A stretch of 64,000 bases of DNA from an uncultured Thiomicrospira sp. GTDB taxonomy: Bacteria; Pseudomonadota; Gammaproteobacteria; CAKMZV01. The position numbers and the translations under genes are program-made. Positions 1-11,600 of this stretch are shown here, one piece after another. The notes under the pieces are model-generated. The model had not been told where the DNA came from. It saw nothing but the letters and a program-made list of their open reading frames with translations, and searched no databases. Each line of letters begins with the position of its first letter. Positions within the stretch are counted from its first letter, which is position 1. The stretch spans positions 1,184,001 through 1,248,000 of the forward strand of contig OZ239628.1 of NCBI GenBank assembly GCA_965195345.1. The letters run 5' to 3'.

Positions 1-261
1 CAAGCGCGTTTGGCGGATGAACAACAACGTCAAGTAGTGACAAAACAGACGGAAGAACGTAAATCACTCGTTGGCTCTGGCGATCGTTCAGAACGTATTC
101 GAACTTATAATTTTCCGCAAGGAAGGGTTACTGATCACCGTATAAATTTAACAGAATACAAATTACTGCAAGTTATGGAGGGGAGCTTAGATGTTATTGT
201 TGAACCGTTAATTCTTGAATATCAAGTGGAGTTAATGGCGCAAACGCACTCTGACTTTTGA
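1..261 (+). CDS. prfA: Peptide chain release factor 1, C-terminal part (5'-truncated by window)
   Basis: [27 protein letters not shown] is the RF1 C-terminal signature. Confidence 0.95.
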   Translation, partial: QARLADEQQRQVVTKQTEERKSLVGSGDRSERIRTYNFPQGRVTDHRINLTEYKLLQVMEGSLDVIVEPLILEYQVELMAQTHSDF

Positions 262-1259
262 AATTTTTTGTTACTCTAGTACTTTCAGTACTTTTCATCT
301 ATTCTCTCACAGGATGTGAAAAACCCGGCAGCTTGAATAAATTCAAGCTCTATTCTTTTGGAACGGAAATTGAAATCGTATACTTTGCTCCAAAAGGCAA
401 ACACGCTTTAATTGATCAATCTCTTAAAGCCCGCTTTGATCAATTACATTACGATTGGCATGCTTGGGAGCAAGGTGGCATTTTAAGTAAAATCAACACT
501 GCTTTGTCTCAAGGAGAATTTATAGAAGTTGATCAAAGAGTACTTGAAGTCATCATTAAAGCGCGTTCCTTGAGTGCTTTATCTAAACAATATTTTAATC
601 CAGTGATTGGTAATCTTATCGCGGCTTGGGGGTTTCAGAGTAACATTATTGAAGACAGAGCACCACCATTTAACGCTATTGAACGATATTTGAAAAACCC
701 AGCAAAAATAGAACAATTGCATATTAAAGGGAATCGACTGTCTAGTACTAATCCGCAATTGAAAATTGATTTGGGTGGTATTGCCAAAGGCTATGCTGCT
801 GATTTAATTTCGAATATCTTACGCACTAACAATGTCGACAATGCCATTATAAATTTAGGCGGTGACGTTAAGGTTCTGGGGCAGTACCAAAATCGCGCAT
901 GGAAAATTGGAATTACCAACCCAATAAAGCCTGAAGAGGCAGCGATCACGGTTGGGCTATGCCCTAATCAAGCGATATTCAGTTCAGGGACTTATGAGCG
1001 ATTTTTTGAATGGGAAGGAAAAAATTATCATCATATCCTTAACCCTAAGAGTGGATTTCCTGAATATACATGGGTCTCAGCAAGTGTCATTCATGATGAC
1101 GCTGTCGTAGCTGATGTGGCTGCTACTGCTCTAATTGCTGCAGGAGATCGTTGGGAAGAAGTTATTGACTCCATGGATCTCAAATATGTGTATTTGATTG
1201 ACTACGACGGGAATGTTCGTACAACATCTGATTGGAATAATCGACGTTGTTTTGATTAG
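258..1259 (+). CDS. apbE: FAD:protein FMN transferase (ApbE family lipoprotein)
   Basis: Lipobox LTGC; [33 protein letters not shown] motifs; TTG start overlaps prfA stop. Confidence 0.9.
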   Translation: MKFFVTLVLSVLFIYSLTGCEKPGSLNKFKLYSFGTEIEIVYFAPKGKHALIDQSLKARFDQLHYDWHAWEQGGILSKINTALSQGEFIEVDQRVLEVIIKARSLSALSKQYFNPVIGNLIAAWGFQSNIIEDRAPPFNAIERYLKNPAKIEQLHIKGNRLSSTNPQLKIDLGGIAKGYAADLISNILRTNNVDNAIINLGGDVKVLGQYQNRAWKIGITNPIKPEEAAITVGLCPNQAIFSSGTYERFFEWEGKNYHHILNPKSGFPEYTWVSASVIHDDAVVADVAATALIAAGDRWEEVIDSMDLKYVYLIDYDGNVRTTSDWNNRRCFD

Positions 1260-1613
1260 TGAGCAAGAATACAAAAAATGTTTCATTTTTTTCAAGTAGA
1301 TTGACAATACGATGCCTTAGAGAACCTTCTATTTCGGCTGTAAAGCACGGAATAATACAGACGTAAATCAAGTTTAGTATTGTCACTATGTATATATAGA
1401 ACGAGTTGCACCCATAATTTCAGTATGATGGAAAAAGGCGTTGCATAATCTTACCTTTGGCATTGGATGCATACAATAAATCGCTTGAAAATGGATGGAT
1501 AGACCCAGTGCTTGGAGAAATGAAGATAATTATGCTTCAAAGTCCTGCAAAACATACTCATTTCCAAGATAATACGTTTCCCAATTAACCTTAAACAACA
1601 ATAAAGTTTTAAT

Positions 1614-1850
1614 ATGTCAAAAGTTTGCCAAGTAACTGGAAAGCGCCCTATGGCTGGTAATAACGTATCACACTCTCATCGTAAGACGAGACGTCGATTC
1701 ATGCCTAATCTACATACGCATCGCTTTTGGGTTGAAAGTGAAAATCGGTGGGTTAAATTAAAAACCTCCACAAAAGGTATGCGAATGATTGACAAGCTTG
1801 GTATTGATGAAGTGCTGAAAGATATTCGTAAGCGTGGAGAGAAAGTATAA
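1614..1850 (+). CDS. rpmB: 50S ribosomal protein L28
   Basis: [33 protein letters not shown]. Confidence 0.98.
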   Translation: MSKVCQVTGKRPMAGNNVSHSHRKTRRRFMPNLHTHRFWVESENRWVKLKTSTKGMRMIDKLGIDEVLKDIRKRGEKV

Positions 1851-1903
1851 CTATCAAGTACACAATATTAAGTACAAAGAAATAATGAATATAGGTAACC
1901 CGA

Positions 1904-2062
1904 ATGCGTGAAAAAATAAAGTTGGAATCTTCTGCTAAAACTGGACATTTTTATACTACCGTTAAAAGCAAGAGAAATACTCCTGACAAGCTATCCATTA
2001 AAAAATTTGATCCTGTAGTGCGCAAGCACGTCATATATAAAGAAACAAAGATAAAGTCTTAG
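1904..2062 (+). CDS. rpmG: 50S ribosomal protein L33 (not in ORF track)
   Basis: Manual translation [52 protein letters not shown]; canonical position after rpmB. Confidence 0.97.
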   Translation: MREKIKLESSAKTGHFYTTVKSKRNTPDKLSIKKFDPVVRKHVIYKETKIKS

Positions 2063-2101
2063 TTTAGTCTTAATTTTTTTGTTTTCTTAGTCCTGTAAAA
2101 A

Positions 2102-2914
2102 GTGCCTGAGCTACCTGAAGTAGAAGTCACATTACAAGGCCTTCAGCCTCATATAGAGAAAAGTACGCTCAATGAGGTCGTCATAAGAACGCATAAACTG
2201 CGTTATCTAATCCCTGATAATTTAAAAACCACTCTTACTAATCAGCAATTAACATCGATAAAAAGACGTGGTAAATATTTAATATTTTCTTTTGAAAAAT
2301 CTCAATGCATAGTGCATTTAGGCATGTCTGGCAGTCTTCGCATCGTTGAGAAAAAATCTGAATGGCGCAAACATGATCATTGGCATTGGCAGTTTGAATC
2401 TGCTGGAATACGCTATCATGACCCAAGACGATTTGGCTTTTTAACATGGCTAGAAGACCGTACTGAAAGTATAAGGAAAATGGGCGTAGAACCATTGGAA
2501 AAAACTTTTACCGGTCATTTTCTGTACGAAGTTTGCAAAAACAGCAAACGCGCTATTAAATCATTGATAATGGACCAAAAAATAATTGTAGGTGTTGGTA
2601 ATATTTATGCCAATGAAGTGCTTTTTCTATCAAAAATTCACCCATCTCAAAAAGCTTGTATGATTAGTAAAGAAAAATGTATAAGTTTGTGCGTGAACTT
2701 ACAAAACACCCTTCGTACTGCTATAAAGGTTGGTGGTAGCACTCTTAAAGATTTCGTTAATCCAGATGGCACGCATGGTTATTTCTCCCAAAAAATTCAT
2801 GTATATGCACTATGCGGAGAGTCCTGCACGTTTTGTAAGAGCAAAATCGAACGAATAATAATAGGTAATCGATCAACTTTTTTCTGTCCAAATTGTCAAA
2901 AAATTCACTCATAA
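2102..2914 (+). CDS. mutM: Formamidopyrimidine-DNA glycosylase
   Basis: N-terminal PELPEVE, HLGMSG, GVGNIYANE, C-terminal zinc finger; rpmB-rpmG-mutM synteny. Confidence 0.97.
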   Translation: MPELPEVEVTLQGLQPHIEKSTLNEVVIRTHKLRYLIPDNLKTTLTNQQLTSIKRRGKYLIFSFEKSQCIVHLGMSGSLRIVEKKSEWRKHDHWHWQFESAGIRYHDPRRFGFLTWLEDRTESIRKMGVEPLEKTFTGHFLYEVCKNSKRAIKSLIMDQKIIVGVGNIYANEVLFLSKIHPSQKACMISKEKCISLCVNLQNTLRTAIKVGGSTLKDFVNPDGTHGYFSQKIHVYALCGESCTFCKSKIERIIIGNRSTFFCPNCQKIHS

Positions 2915-3126
2915 AAAGCGACTGGGAAAATGAACGTTAGAAACATAATTTACCATATAATGAATTGTATGTATCATGTGTTAAAAGCATTTTCCTCATC
3001 TATCAATACCTTTTACGAAAAATTATCCATGAGTAAAGTTCGGATGCGCATTTAAGCACTTTAAAATTAACGAGAACCCTTAAGAAAACCCTAATGAATT
3101 CAGGCATTGCTTGTTTCTAACAATTT

Positions 3127-3930
3127 TTGAGCCCAATAATGACTAAAAAAATTATTTCATTTATATTATTTTTTCCTAGACTGACTTTATTTAAAGTATT
3201 TAACGTCAGTCTCTTATGCTTGTTCTCTTCTTTTTCAAATGCCGATGCTGAGTTGAAGCCTGGAATGCTATTCGATGGCGTAGATATTAATGTCGGCGTA
3301 GAAGCTGGTGGTTACATTGCTTCTGGTCCTGAAGATGTTTCATGGGTAAATGCTCGCATTCATTTAGACACTACAAGAGGTGCATTATTCAATCGGAATA
3401 TAATTTCTACTGCCTATGGCAAATTATCAGGTCAAGAAATTTTCCGTTTTGATGTGCGCGGTTATACAAATTATGCGCTTTCGGATAACTGGAGTATTAC
3501 TAATAACAGACGTAGTAGAGATACTTGTCAAAATTCAGAATGTTCGACCGATTTTACCATTAGCTTAGGCGGTAGTTATTTTTCAAAGGATTCTACGTTT
3601 GACATACAACAGTACGTTGGTTTGGGTTATCAAAATTTACAATATGACGCTGCTCCAGGTCGCAATGAATTAGATGAGGAACGTTTTGTACTGGATTTGT
3701 TTAATGCACTCGATATTTATATTGAACCAGACTTTTTTATTGAGCAAACTTTCAATATTGAATTCAATTTCGTAAATGTTTATTGGCTTTATTCAGTATC
3801 ACCTACGTACCGTGTTACTGATTTAGTTGCTGTCAAAACGACATTAGAATACCATTTTTATTCTGAACGTCCAGTAAATATAGAAGGTAGCGAAGTGCTG
3901 ACTAGTTTTTCTGTGGTTGTTTTTTTCTAA
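3127..3930 (+). CDS. Putative outer-membrane beta-barrel protein (DUF481/YdiY-like)
   Basis: Signal-peptide-like N-terminus (SNA), amphipathic beta strands, terminal Phe; family assignment is by resemblance only; true start may be ATG 3139. Confidence 0.55.
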   Translation: MSPIMTKKIISFILFFPRLTLFKVFNVSLLCLFSSFSNADAELKPGMLFDGVDINVGVEAGGYIASGPEDVSWVNARIHLDTTRGALFNRNIISTAYGKLSGQEIFRFDVRGYTNYALSDNWSITNNRRSRDTCQNSECSTDFTISLGGSYFSKDSTFDIQQYVGLGYQNLQYDAAPGRNELDEERFVLDLFNALDIYIEPDFFIEQTFNIEFNFVNVYWLYSVSPTYRVTDLVAVKTTLEYHFYSERPVNIEGSEVLTSFSVVVFF

Positions 3931-3936
3931 TTCTAA

Positions 3937-5232
3937 TTACCTAACACGCACGCACGCTGCAATGTCGTTTACGTGTGCTTTGACTTCTGATAGGACAAGC
4001 CCTTCAACCATCACTCGGATTAAAGGTTGCGTTCCAGACGCTCGTACTAGTACCCTGCCCGATGCTCCCAGTTCTTGTTCAACCTGAGAAATTTTATTCT
4101 TCAATGTGGTGTTTTCTAATATGTTGTTTGCGTTTGATTTTACTCTAATGTTGAGTAAAACTTGCGGCGCAGGTATGTACTCTGCCAGCAATTCGAGCAA
4201 TGGTTTCTTTTCTTGAAACATAATATTCATGATTAAAATGGCAGCAAGTATTCCATCGCCAGTAGGGTTTATTTTCTGAGCGATTACATGTCCTGAGGGT
4301 TCGGCTCCAAAAAACCAGCCTTCTTGTTCTAGCGCGTAAGCTACATATTTATCGCCTACATCCGTTCGTAAAAACTTCTTATTCATCGAAACAATTGCCA
4401 TTTCCAATGCGACGTTGCTCATAAGAGTGCCTACAACTCCTGGAGTATCCGAATATTTTGCCAGCAGGTATAAAATAGCATCGCCGTCGACAATCCCCCC
4501 CTGCTCATCAATTAAGTGCAGACGATCTGCATCGCCGTCCAATACAATCCCTATCTCCGATTTTGATTCGAGCAGTTTATTCTGTGCAGTCTCTAAAAAA
4601 GTTGCTCCACATTCTTCATTGATATTACGTCCATTAGGTGTCGTTGCAACTTCAGTGATCTGATAATGCTCAAATACTTTGCAGGCTGTAATCGAAGCTG
4701 CACCGTTAGCAGCATCAATCAATACGGACTTACACGGCATTCCTTGCATCTGCTTTTTTAAAAAATCACAATACATGGAATCGTCATCGTTCTGAGTGAT
4801 CTCTTCACTAGGAATTGAAGTCAGCTTATCGATGGTTGATTGATTGATTAGTGCTTCGAGTCGTTTTTCTTGCGTGGCGTTGAGCTTTATTCCATCCCTA
4901 AAGCATTTTATTCCATTATCGTGCCATGGATTGTGCGATGCACTAATCATCACGCCTAAACCAATTCCTTTTTGGCGCATAGAATAAGCAAGACCTGGGG
5001 TAGGAATAACTCCAAAATTTATAGTGTGAACGCCAAACTTAGAAAAAACAGCGTTAAGTATTTTGCTAATGACAATTGAGGATTCGCGTGTATCCATCCC
5101 TATAGCAATCGAAGTATTTTCTTCCGTTGCAAAGCAAGATAGGCCTACTGCGATTTGCTTAATTCCTTCGCTATTAAGGGGAAAATCTCCCCAACAACCA
5201 CGAACACCATCTGTCCCAAAAACAATTGTCAA
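3937..5232 (-). CDS. glmM: Phosphoglucosamine mutase
   Basis: FGTDGVRG, ISASHNP, DGDADR, VRASGT motifs. Confidence 0.93.
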   Translation of the reverse strand: MTIVFGTDGVRGCWGDFPLNSEGIKQIAVGLSCFATEENTSIAIGMDTRESSIVISKILNAVFSKFGVHTINFGVIPTPGLAYSMRQKGIGLGVMISASHNPWHDNGIKCFRDGIKLNATQEKRLEALINQSTIDKLTSIPSEEITQNDDDSMYCDFLKKQMQGMPCKSVLIDAANGAASITACKVFEHYQITEVATTPNGRNINEECGATFLETAQNKLLESKSEIGIVLDGDADRLHLIDEQGGIVDGDAILYLLAKYSDTPGVVGTLMSNVALEMAIVSMNKKFLRTDVGDKYVAYALEQEGWFFGAEPSGHVIAQKINPTGDGILAAILIMNIMFQEKKPLLELLAEYIPAPQVLLNIRVKSNANNILENTTLKNKISQVEQELGASGRVLVRASGTQPLIRVMVEGLVLSEVKAHVNDIAACVRVR

Positions 5233-6377
5233 CTTCGTTTTTCAATGGGTAAGTATTTTCTTTGATCGTATCCTTTGTATATTTGTGTAGGTCGGAAAAT
5301 ACGGTTGTGAGAAACTTGCTCAAGGTAGTGTGCTAACCATCCAGCTGTACGTGCAACTGCAAAAATAGGAGTAAATAATGCGGGGCGCAGTCCCATTTCT
5401 CTATACAAAATACCCGAATAGAAATCAACATTTGGATAAACGCCTTTTTCACCAAGAATTCTTTCACAAACTTGTTCTACTTTAATGGCAATTTCCAATT
5501 GCTTAGATACTTTTTTCTTTTTAGAGATTAATTCTTCAACCATAGTTTGAAGAATTTTTGCGCGAGGGTCTTTCGTTTTGTATTCTCTATGCCCCATTCC
5601 CCAGATAACTTGCTTGTTTTTGATTCTATTTTGAATGTATTTCTCAACATTACTCAAATCACCAATTTCTTCAATCATATCAACGACTGCTCTGTTCGCT
5701 CCACCATGTAAAGGACCCGAGAGTGATGCAACAGCAGCGGCTATTACCGAACAAGGATTGGCTAATGTAGAAGCCGTGACCATTGCTGTGAAAGTTGAAG
5801 CATTGATTGTGTGCTCTGCATGCAGTATAAAGCAAACATCTAAAATGCGCGCTAGAATAGGATCGGGTTCATCTCCTGTTACTGTATAGAGGAAATTTTC
5901 CGCATAAGTGCTGTCGTATAGTGGACTAATGGCTCGATAACCTTTGCGTGTTTGTTCCCACATTGCTACTAATGTTCCAACATGCGAAAGAATGGTTACG
6001 GCGCTTTGATATTTTTGTTCATCGGAATAATCACCTTCATCTGAAACGTTAGTGCTTGGAAAGAAACTGGATAAGCAGGTAATGCCTATTTGCAAGGCAT
6101 GCATTGGATGCGTAGAATCAGGAAGTCTTTGTAATATCTTTTCAATATTGAATTTTATGCGTCTTTGAGAAATCAAGTCTTTTTTGAACGACTTAAGCTT
6201 TTCTTTATTAGGCAGTTCACCATCAAGCAATAATAACGCTGTTTCAGTAAAGTGACTGTGCTTCGTTAATTCTTCAATTGGATATCCTCGGTAAAAAAGA
6301 ATTCCTTTCTCTCCGTCAATAGATGAAATTGATGATTCTGTTGCAGGTACGCCTGCTAGTCCTGGTATGTAATCCAT
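5229..6377 (-). CDS. gltA: Citrate synthase (short, dimeric-type; methylcitrate synthase not excluded)
   Basis: HAEHTINASTF, GPLHGGAN, GMGHREYK, PNVDFYSG motifs; 382 aa. Confidence 0.85.
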   Translation of the reverse strand: MDYIPGLAGVPATESSISSIDGEKGILFYRGYPIEELTKHSHFTETALLLLDGELPNKEKLKSFKKDLISQRRIKFNIEKILQRLPDSTHPMHALQIGITCLSSFFPSTNVSDEGDYSDEQKYQSAVTILSHVGTLVAMWEQTRKGYRAISPLYDSTYAENFLYTVTGDEPDPILARILDVCFILHAEHTINASTFTAMVTASTLANPCSVIAAAVASLSGPLHGGANRAVVDMIEEIGDLSNVEKYIQNRIKNKQVIWGMGHREYKTKDPRAKILQTMVEELISKKKKVSKQLEIAIKVEQVCERILGEKGVYPNVDFYSGILYREMGLRPALFTPIFAVARTAGWLAHYLEQVSHNRIFRPTQIYKGYDQRKYLPIEKRS

Positions 6378-6417
6378 GTTTAATTCCTTAACTCAGATGT
6401 CTCAACGAAGTATAAAG

Positions 6418-6750
6418 CTATACGCTAAAGGAAGATCCGCAACCGCATGTAGTAGACGCATTAGGATTGTCTATGATAAATCGGGCACCCTGTAAATCTT
6501 CAAGATAATCGATTTTAGCGCCTTCAAGATACTGAACACTCATTGAATCAACTAATAAAATGACCCCTTGATTTTGAACTACGGTGTCATCATCCAACTG
6601 GTTTTCATCGAATGTGAATCCATATTGAAACCCTGAACAACCGCCTCCTGTAATGTAAACACGTAGTTTTAAATTGTCATTATTTTCATCTTTGATTAGA
6701 CCACCAACCTTAACTGCAGCGGAATCACTAAAATGTAATACGTTTTCCAT
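6418..6750 (-). CDS. erpA: Iron-sulfur cluster insertion protein ErpA
   Basis: [17 protein letters not shown] and TTCGCGSSF; ATG at 6750. Confidence 0.93.
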   Translation of the reverse strand: MENVLHFSDSAAVKVGGLIKDENNDNLKLRVYITGGGCSGFQYGFTFDENQLDDDTVVQNQGVILLVDSMSVQYLEGAKIDYLEDLQGARFIIDNPNASTTCGCGSSFSV

Positions 6751-7112
6751 AAACAAAACCAAGAGAATTTATATAAATGTAATAGTCCTGCAATTATACT
6801 ACGGAGCAAAAGCACATATCATTTATTGTCAAGCATAATTAACAAAATGCCAAAAAAACGCTTTTACTGCTTTGATTTATTGTTTTCTCCACAAATTTTT
6901 CATGATTAGAACAGCATCATGAAAACGTGAAAATATATAAATTGAATGTTGATTATAGTCTTATGAGTATAATGCTTTGTTGATATAGTAGTTTAAGTTG
7001 CAAGGAGCATGCTTAGATTGCATATATTTAAACATCGGCATGTTGAAATTTAAATTGGGATATCTTACTCTAAGCAGGGCTTTCTAAAACAGAACACATC
7101 TGGAAAATCATT

Positions 7113-8540
7113 ATGAAAAAATACTCTTCGCATCTCACATTATTATTAATATCGTTGTTAGCAGCAACACTAACAGGTTGCGGAAGTAGTGATAACGGTG
7201 ACGTTGGCGACAGTAGCTCAAACAATAGTTTAGGCGTCATTTATACGTCTACGAATGATCCTTCTGGTAATAGTGTAATTGCTCTAAACCGATTTTCTGA
7301 TGGCACGCTAAACGAACTTCAAACCACTTTTACAGGAGGGGTTGGCGATGCCGATGATGGAGATTTTGATGGACAGTGGTCTCTTCGTTTAATTGACATC
7401 GGCGCTCGAAGATTTTTGTTAGCGGTTAACGCAGGAGATCATGAACAAAGTGGCATTACTACTGGGAACGGCTCTATTACTGTTTTTGAAGCAAACGTCA
7501 CCAATGGAAGACTTACTCGCGTAGGCGTTTATGATTCAGGTGGTGTACGACCTGTGAGCATTGCCTATACAACCACTAATAATCAGACATGGGTTTTTAT
7601 TGGCAATCAGCTAAGCAACCCTGCTTGTACGAGCTCTACACCAACTACTTTTATGGAGTGTGGTATTAATTTCACAGATTTAGCGACAAGCTCTCAAAAC
7701 AGAAATATTACTGCGTTCTTGATGGATAGCGTTTCAGGTGCTTTAAGCAACCAACAAGTACTGAAAACATTCAGTGGTTTAAATGGAGGGGTTTCCCAGC
7801 TTGATGTGAAAGACAACATTCTTGCAGCGACGCTTTGGGGGGTTCCTCAATTTGGTGTAACTTCACCGACACTGACGAATAATGACACCACGGGAATAAG
7901 CACTGTAGAATTTTATAACATTGCTGTAAGTGGAGTTACTCTTACGCTAACCTCTCGTGCACAGTATAAACGTGCAGGAGTTTCTGGCAGTATTGGTTTT
8001 GAATGGGATCGGCGTTCTTCTGTCTCCGATGACAGAGTATTTGTTTCAAACTTTAATCTTAGCGTTGAACGCAGAGATCAAAGCGTTAGCGTGATTTCAG
8101 TGAGCAGCACTGCTGCAACTTTAACTGGATTTTCTGGAACAAATGGAGACAATGACGAAGCGTGTTGGGTATTGGCAAACAACGACAACATCTATGTCGC
8201 CAGTTTTGGAGGGAATATTGTTTCTGTCTTTGATGTTGCTTCAGATGGTACATTAAGTCCTCGTCAGATATCAGGGAGAGAAATAAACATACCTGCGGGT
8301 ATCGGGGACAACAAAGACATGTATATAGCTGGCAACTATTTTTATTTGTCTGGGGCATTGAATACACACCGCATACTAACGTATTCATTAGAATCCAATG
8401 GTCTTCTAAGTGTACCGCGGAACGTTTATACACCAGTTATTTCAAGGTCTTCGACTCAAACTGAAACTATTCCAGCAATGTTCTCAACCTTTCCTTTGAC
8501 TGAACAAGCATATCTTGGACTAGTAGGGTTTGATTTTTAG
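7113..8540 (+). CDS. Lipoprotein with lactonase-like beta-propeller (3-carboxymuconate cyclase/6-phosphogluconolactonase fold)
   Basis: Lipobox LTGC; YTSTNDPSGNSV, LAVNAG, SGGVRPVSIA, ACW repeats typical of this family. Confidence 0.7.
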   Translation: MKKYSSHLTLLLISLLAATLTGCGSSDNGDVGDSSSNNSLGVIYTSTNDPSGNSVIALNRFSDGTLNELQTTFTGGVGDADDGDFDGQWSLRLIDIGARRFLLAVNAGDHEQSGITTGNGSITVFEANVTNGRLTRVGVYDSGGVRPVSIAYTTTNNQTWVFIGNQLSNPACTSSTPTTFMECGINFTDLATSSQNRNITAFLMDSVSGALSNQQVLKTFSGLNGGVSQLDVKDNILAATLWGVPQFGVTSPTLTNNDTTGISTVEFYNIAVSGVTLTLTSRAQYKRAGVSGSIGFEWDRRSSVSDDRVFVSNFNLSVERRDQSVSVISVSSTAATLTGFSGTNGDNDEACWVLANNDNIYVASFGGNIVSVFDVASDGTLSPRQISGREINIPAGIGDNKDMYIAGNYFYLSGALNTHRILTYSLESNGLLSVPRNVYTPVISRSSTQTETIPAMFSTFPLTEQAYLGLVGFDF

Positions 8541-8699
8541 CGTTTAATTGATCCTCTTGGTTCTTGAATTGGTGAATGACAACGTCTTAATTCAACGAAA
8601 AATAAAAGTCTATTAGTGCCCTTCTAATGTTTCTACGCAATGCTATACTTCTAATATTCAAATACCTATCTCTATCGGTCATAACCCTTTGCATTCATA

Positions 8700-11600
8700 A
8701 TGTCCAACAATACACTAACTAAGCTAAGACAAAATTTGCGCTTGCTCACCCATGCTGATGAGAAAAAATGTGTTGAGTATTTATTAGACCAATCTAATTT
8801 AAAAAGCAGTGATCGCAAAAATATTTTAAAAAACGCTCGTTCTTTGGTTGTTAGTTGTCGCAAAAACAAACATGACAGTGACTTACTCAGCACTTTTTTG
8901 CAAGAGTTCGGTTTGTCTAATAAAGAAGGCGTTGCGCTGATGTGTTTGGCTGAATCTTTATTACGAATCCCTGATGAGTCTACAGCGAATAAACTTATTG
9001 AAGAAAAAATAGCAACGGCAGATTGGTCCTCCCATCAAGGCAACTCAAGTTCAACGTTTGTCAATGCAACTGTGTGGGGATTAATGTTGACTGGTGGGAT
9101 TGTTAAACTTGACAAAAAAGTAACTTCAAACCCTAGTCAATGGCTTGCCAAAGTAACAAAAAAAACTGGTGAACCTATTATTCGTCAGGCAATGTTGCAA
9201 GCTATGCGTATTATGGGCGGGCAGTATGTACTTGGAAGGCACATCAAGGAAGGGATTAAAAGAGGCGTTGCGAATAATAAAACCGACACAAGATTTTCTT
9301 TTGACATGCTCGGCGAAGGTGCACGTACTTACGAAGATGCACAAAACTATTACGATGCATATCGTGATGCCATTGAAGTTATCGCTGAAAATCCCAATAG
9401 GGAAACGGAGAATGACGTATATCACAACAACGGAATTTCCATAAAACTATCAGCATTACATCCTCGCTACGAGTATGGACAAGAATCTAAAGTATTTGAA
9501 GAATTATTACCTAAAGTAAAAGAACTTGCCTTACTTGCTAAAAAGCATCATTTGGGGCTCAGCATTGATGCTGAAGAAGCTGAACGATTAGACTTATCTC
9601 TTGACTTATTTGCGGAGTTGGCGACGGATAGTGAATTATCTGACTGGAACGGGTTAGGCTTTGTTTTACAAGCCTATCAGAAGCGGGCTGTTGCTGTTGT
9701 TGAGTGGTTGATTGAATTGGCGAACCAATCCCAAAGAAAGTTGATGATTCGCTTAGTCAAAGGAGCATATTGGGATGCTGAAATAAAAAACGCGCAAGAA
9801 CAAGGATTGACTGATTATCCTGTATTTACATGCAAAGTAAATACTGATCTTTCTTATCAAATTTGTGCTGAGAAATTGTTGCATGCGAGTGATCGTATAT
9901 TCCCTCAATTTGCTACGCATAATGCTTATAGTGTAGTGCTTGTTATGCACTTAGCATCTCTTTACAATTGCTCTTCACAGCAGTTTGAATATCAACGTTT
10001 ACATGGTATGGGTGACTTGTTGTATAAGCAGTTTAGTTCATTACACTCTGATTTTAAATATCAGATGCGTGTCTACGCTCCTGTTGGAAAACATAAGGAT
10101 TTACTCCCATATTTGGTTCGAAGACTCTTAGAAAATGGTGCAAATAGCTCTTTTGTTAATCGATTTTTAGACGCCAAGGTTCCAGTAGAAGAACTTATAC
10201 TTGATCCTATTGAATTAATCAAATCTTCACAATTAAACCGTCATTCAAAAATTCCCATCCCAGTCAATTTATATCGCTTTCAAAATGATTTGAGAGACAA
10301 CTCGCGCGGGATTGATCTGCATTGTCCTTTATCGATACCATCATTGATGAACGACATCAAACAAGATTGTTATGCTGGCAGCATTACACATGCAACTGCG
10401 CAAGACGCCCTCTATGCCTTATCTGTCGTCAGCGATGCGCAGAAAAGCTGGGATGATTTAGGCGTTGAGAATCGTGCTCAATTGTTGTTGCAAGCAGGTC
10501 AGTTGCTTGAAGATAATACTCAAAAATTGATCAGCATAATAGTCAGTGAAGCACATCGCACGATTGATGATGCTCTTTCGGAAGTTAGGGAAGCCGTCGA
10601 TTTTTGCCGCTATTATGCTGTACAAGCACAATCAATGATGCTTGAGAGCACTATGTCAGGACCAACGGGAGAGCTGAATCAATTGTCATTGCATGGCAAA
10701 GGGACATTTTTATGCATCAGCCCTTGGAATTTCCCATTAGCAATTTTTGTTGGGCAGGTTAGCGCTGCTTTGATTACTGGTAATACTGTACTTGCTAAGC
10801 CCGCTGAGCAAACACCATGCGTAGCGGATTTTGCCGTTAAATTATTTCATCAGGCGGGGATTCCCAAAGAAGTATTGGTTTTTTTACCGGGTGAAGGAGC
10901 TGAATTAGCAAATGCCCTTCTACCCGATGAACGACTGGCAGGTGTTGCCTTTACAGGTTCTAATGACACAGCTATAAGAATTAATAAAAATTTAGCAAAG
11001 CGCACACAATCGATCGCTACTCTTATTGCTGAAACAGGTGGAATAAACTGTATGATTGCTGATTCAACATCATTGATAGAGCAGTTAGTAGATGACATTA
11101 TTCAATCTGCTTTTAAGAGCGCTGGGCAAAGATGTTCTGCTTTACGAGTATTGTTTATTCAAAATGATATAGCGGATAAAACGATAAATATGCTTGCCGG
11201 TGCAATGAATGCGCTTACTATCGGAGATCCTGCTGAATTATCAACTGACATTGGTCCCGTTATTGATGCTCAGGCGGCTCAGAAATTGACAGCATATATA
11301 GAAAAAATGACTGTTGAATCAAAACTTGTTGCGCAATGCACGTTAACCAGAGAACAAAATGCCGCTAATTATGTCGCACCAACTGTTTTTGAAATTGATC
11401 GTCTTGAACAATTATCAGGTGAAGTATTTGGGCCAGTTTTGCATGTGATTCGCTATAAAAACAATGAATTAGAACAAGTAATCGATAGCATCAACAATAG
11501 CGGTTATGGATTAACTTTAGGTATCCATAGTCGCATAGAAAGTTTTGCCGAATCGATTTTCAGAAAAACAAAAGTAGGAAACACTTATATAAATCGCAAT

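Noticed and set aside
1180-1386. 68-aa minus-strand ORF
   Set aside because: Overlaps the apbE end, no motifs
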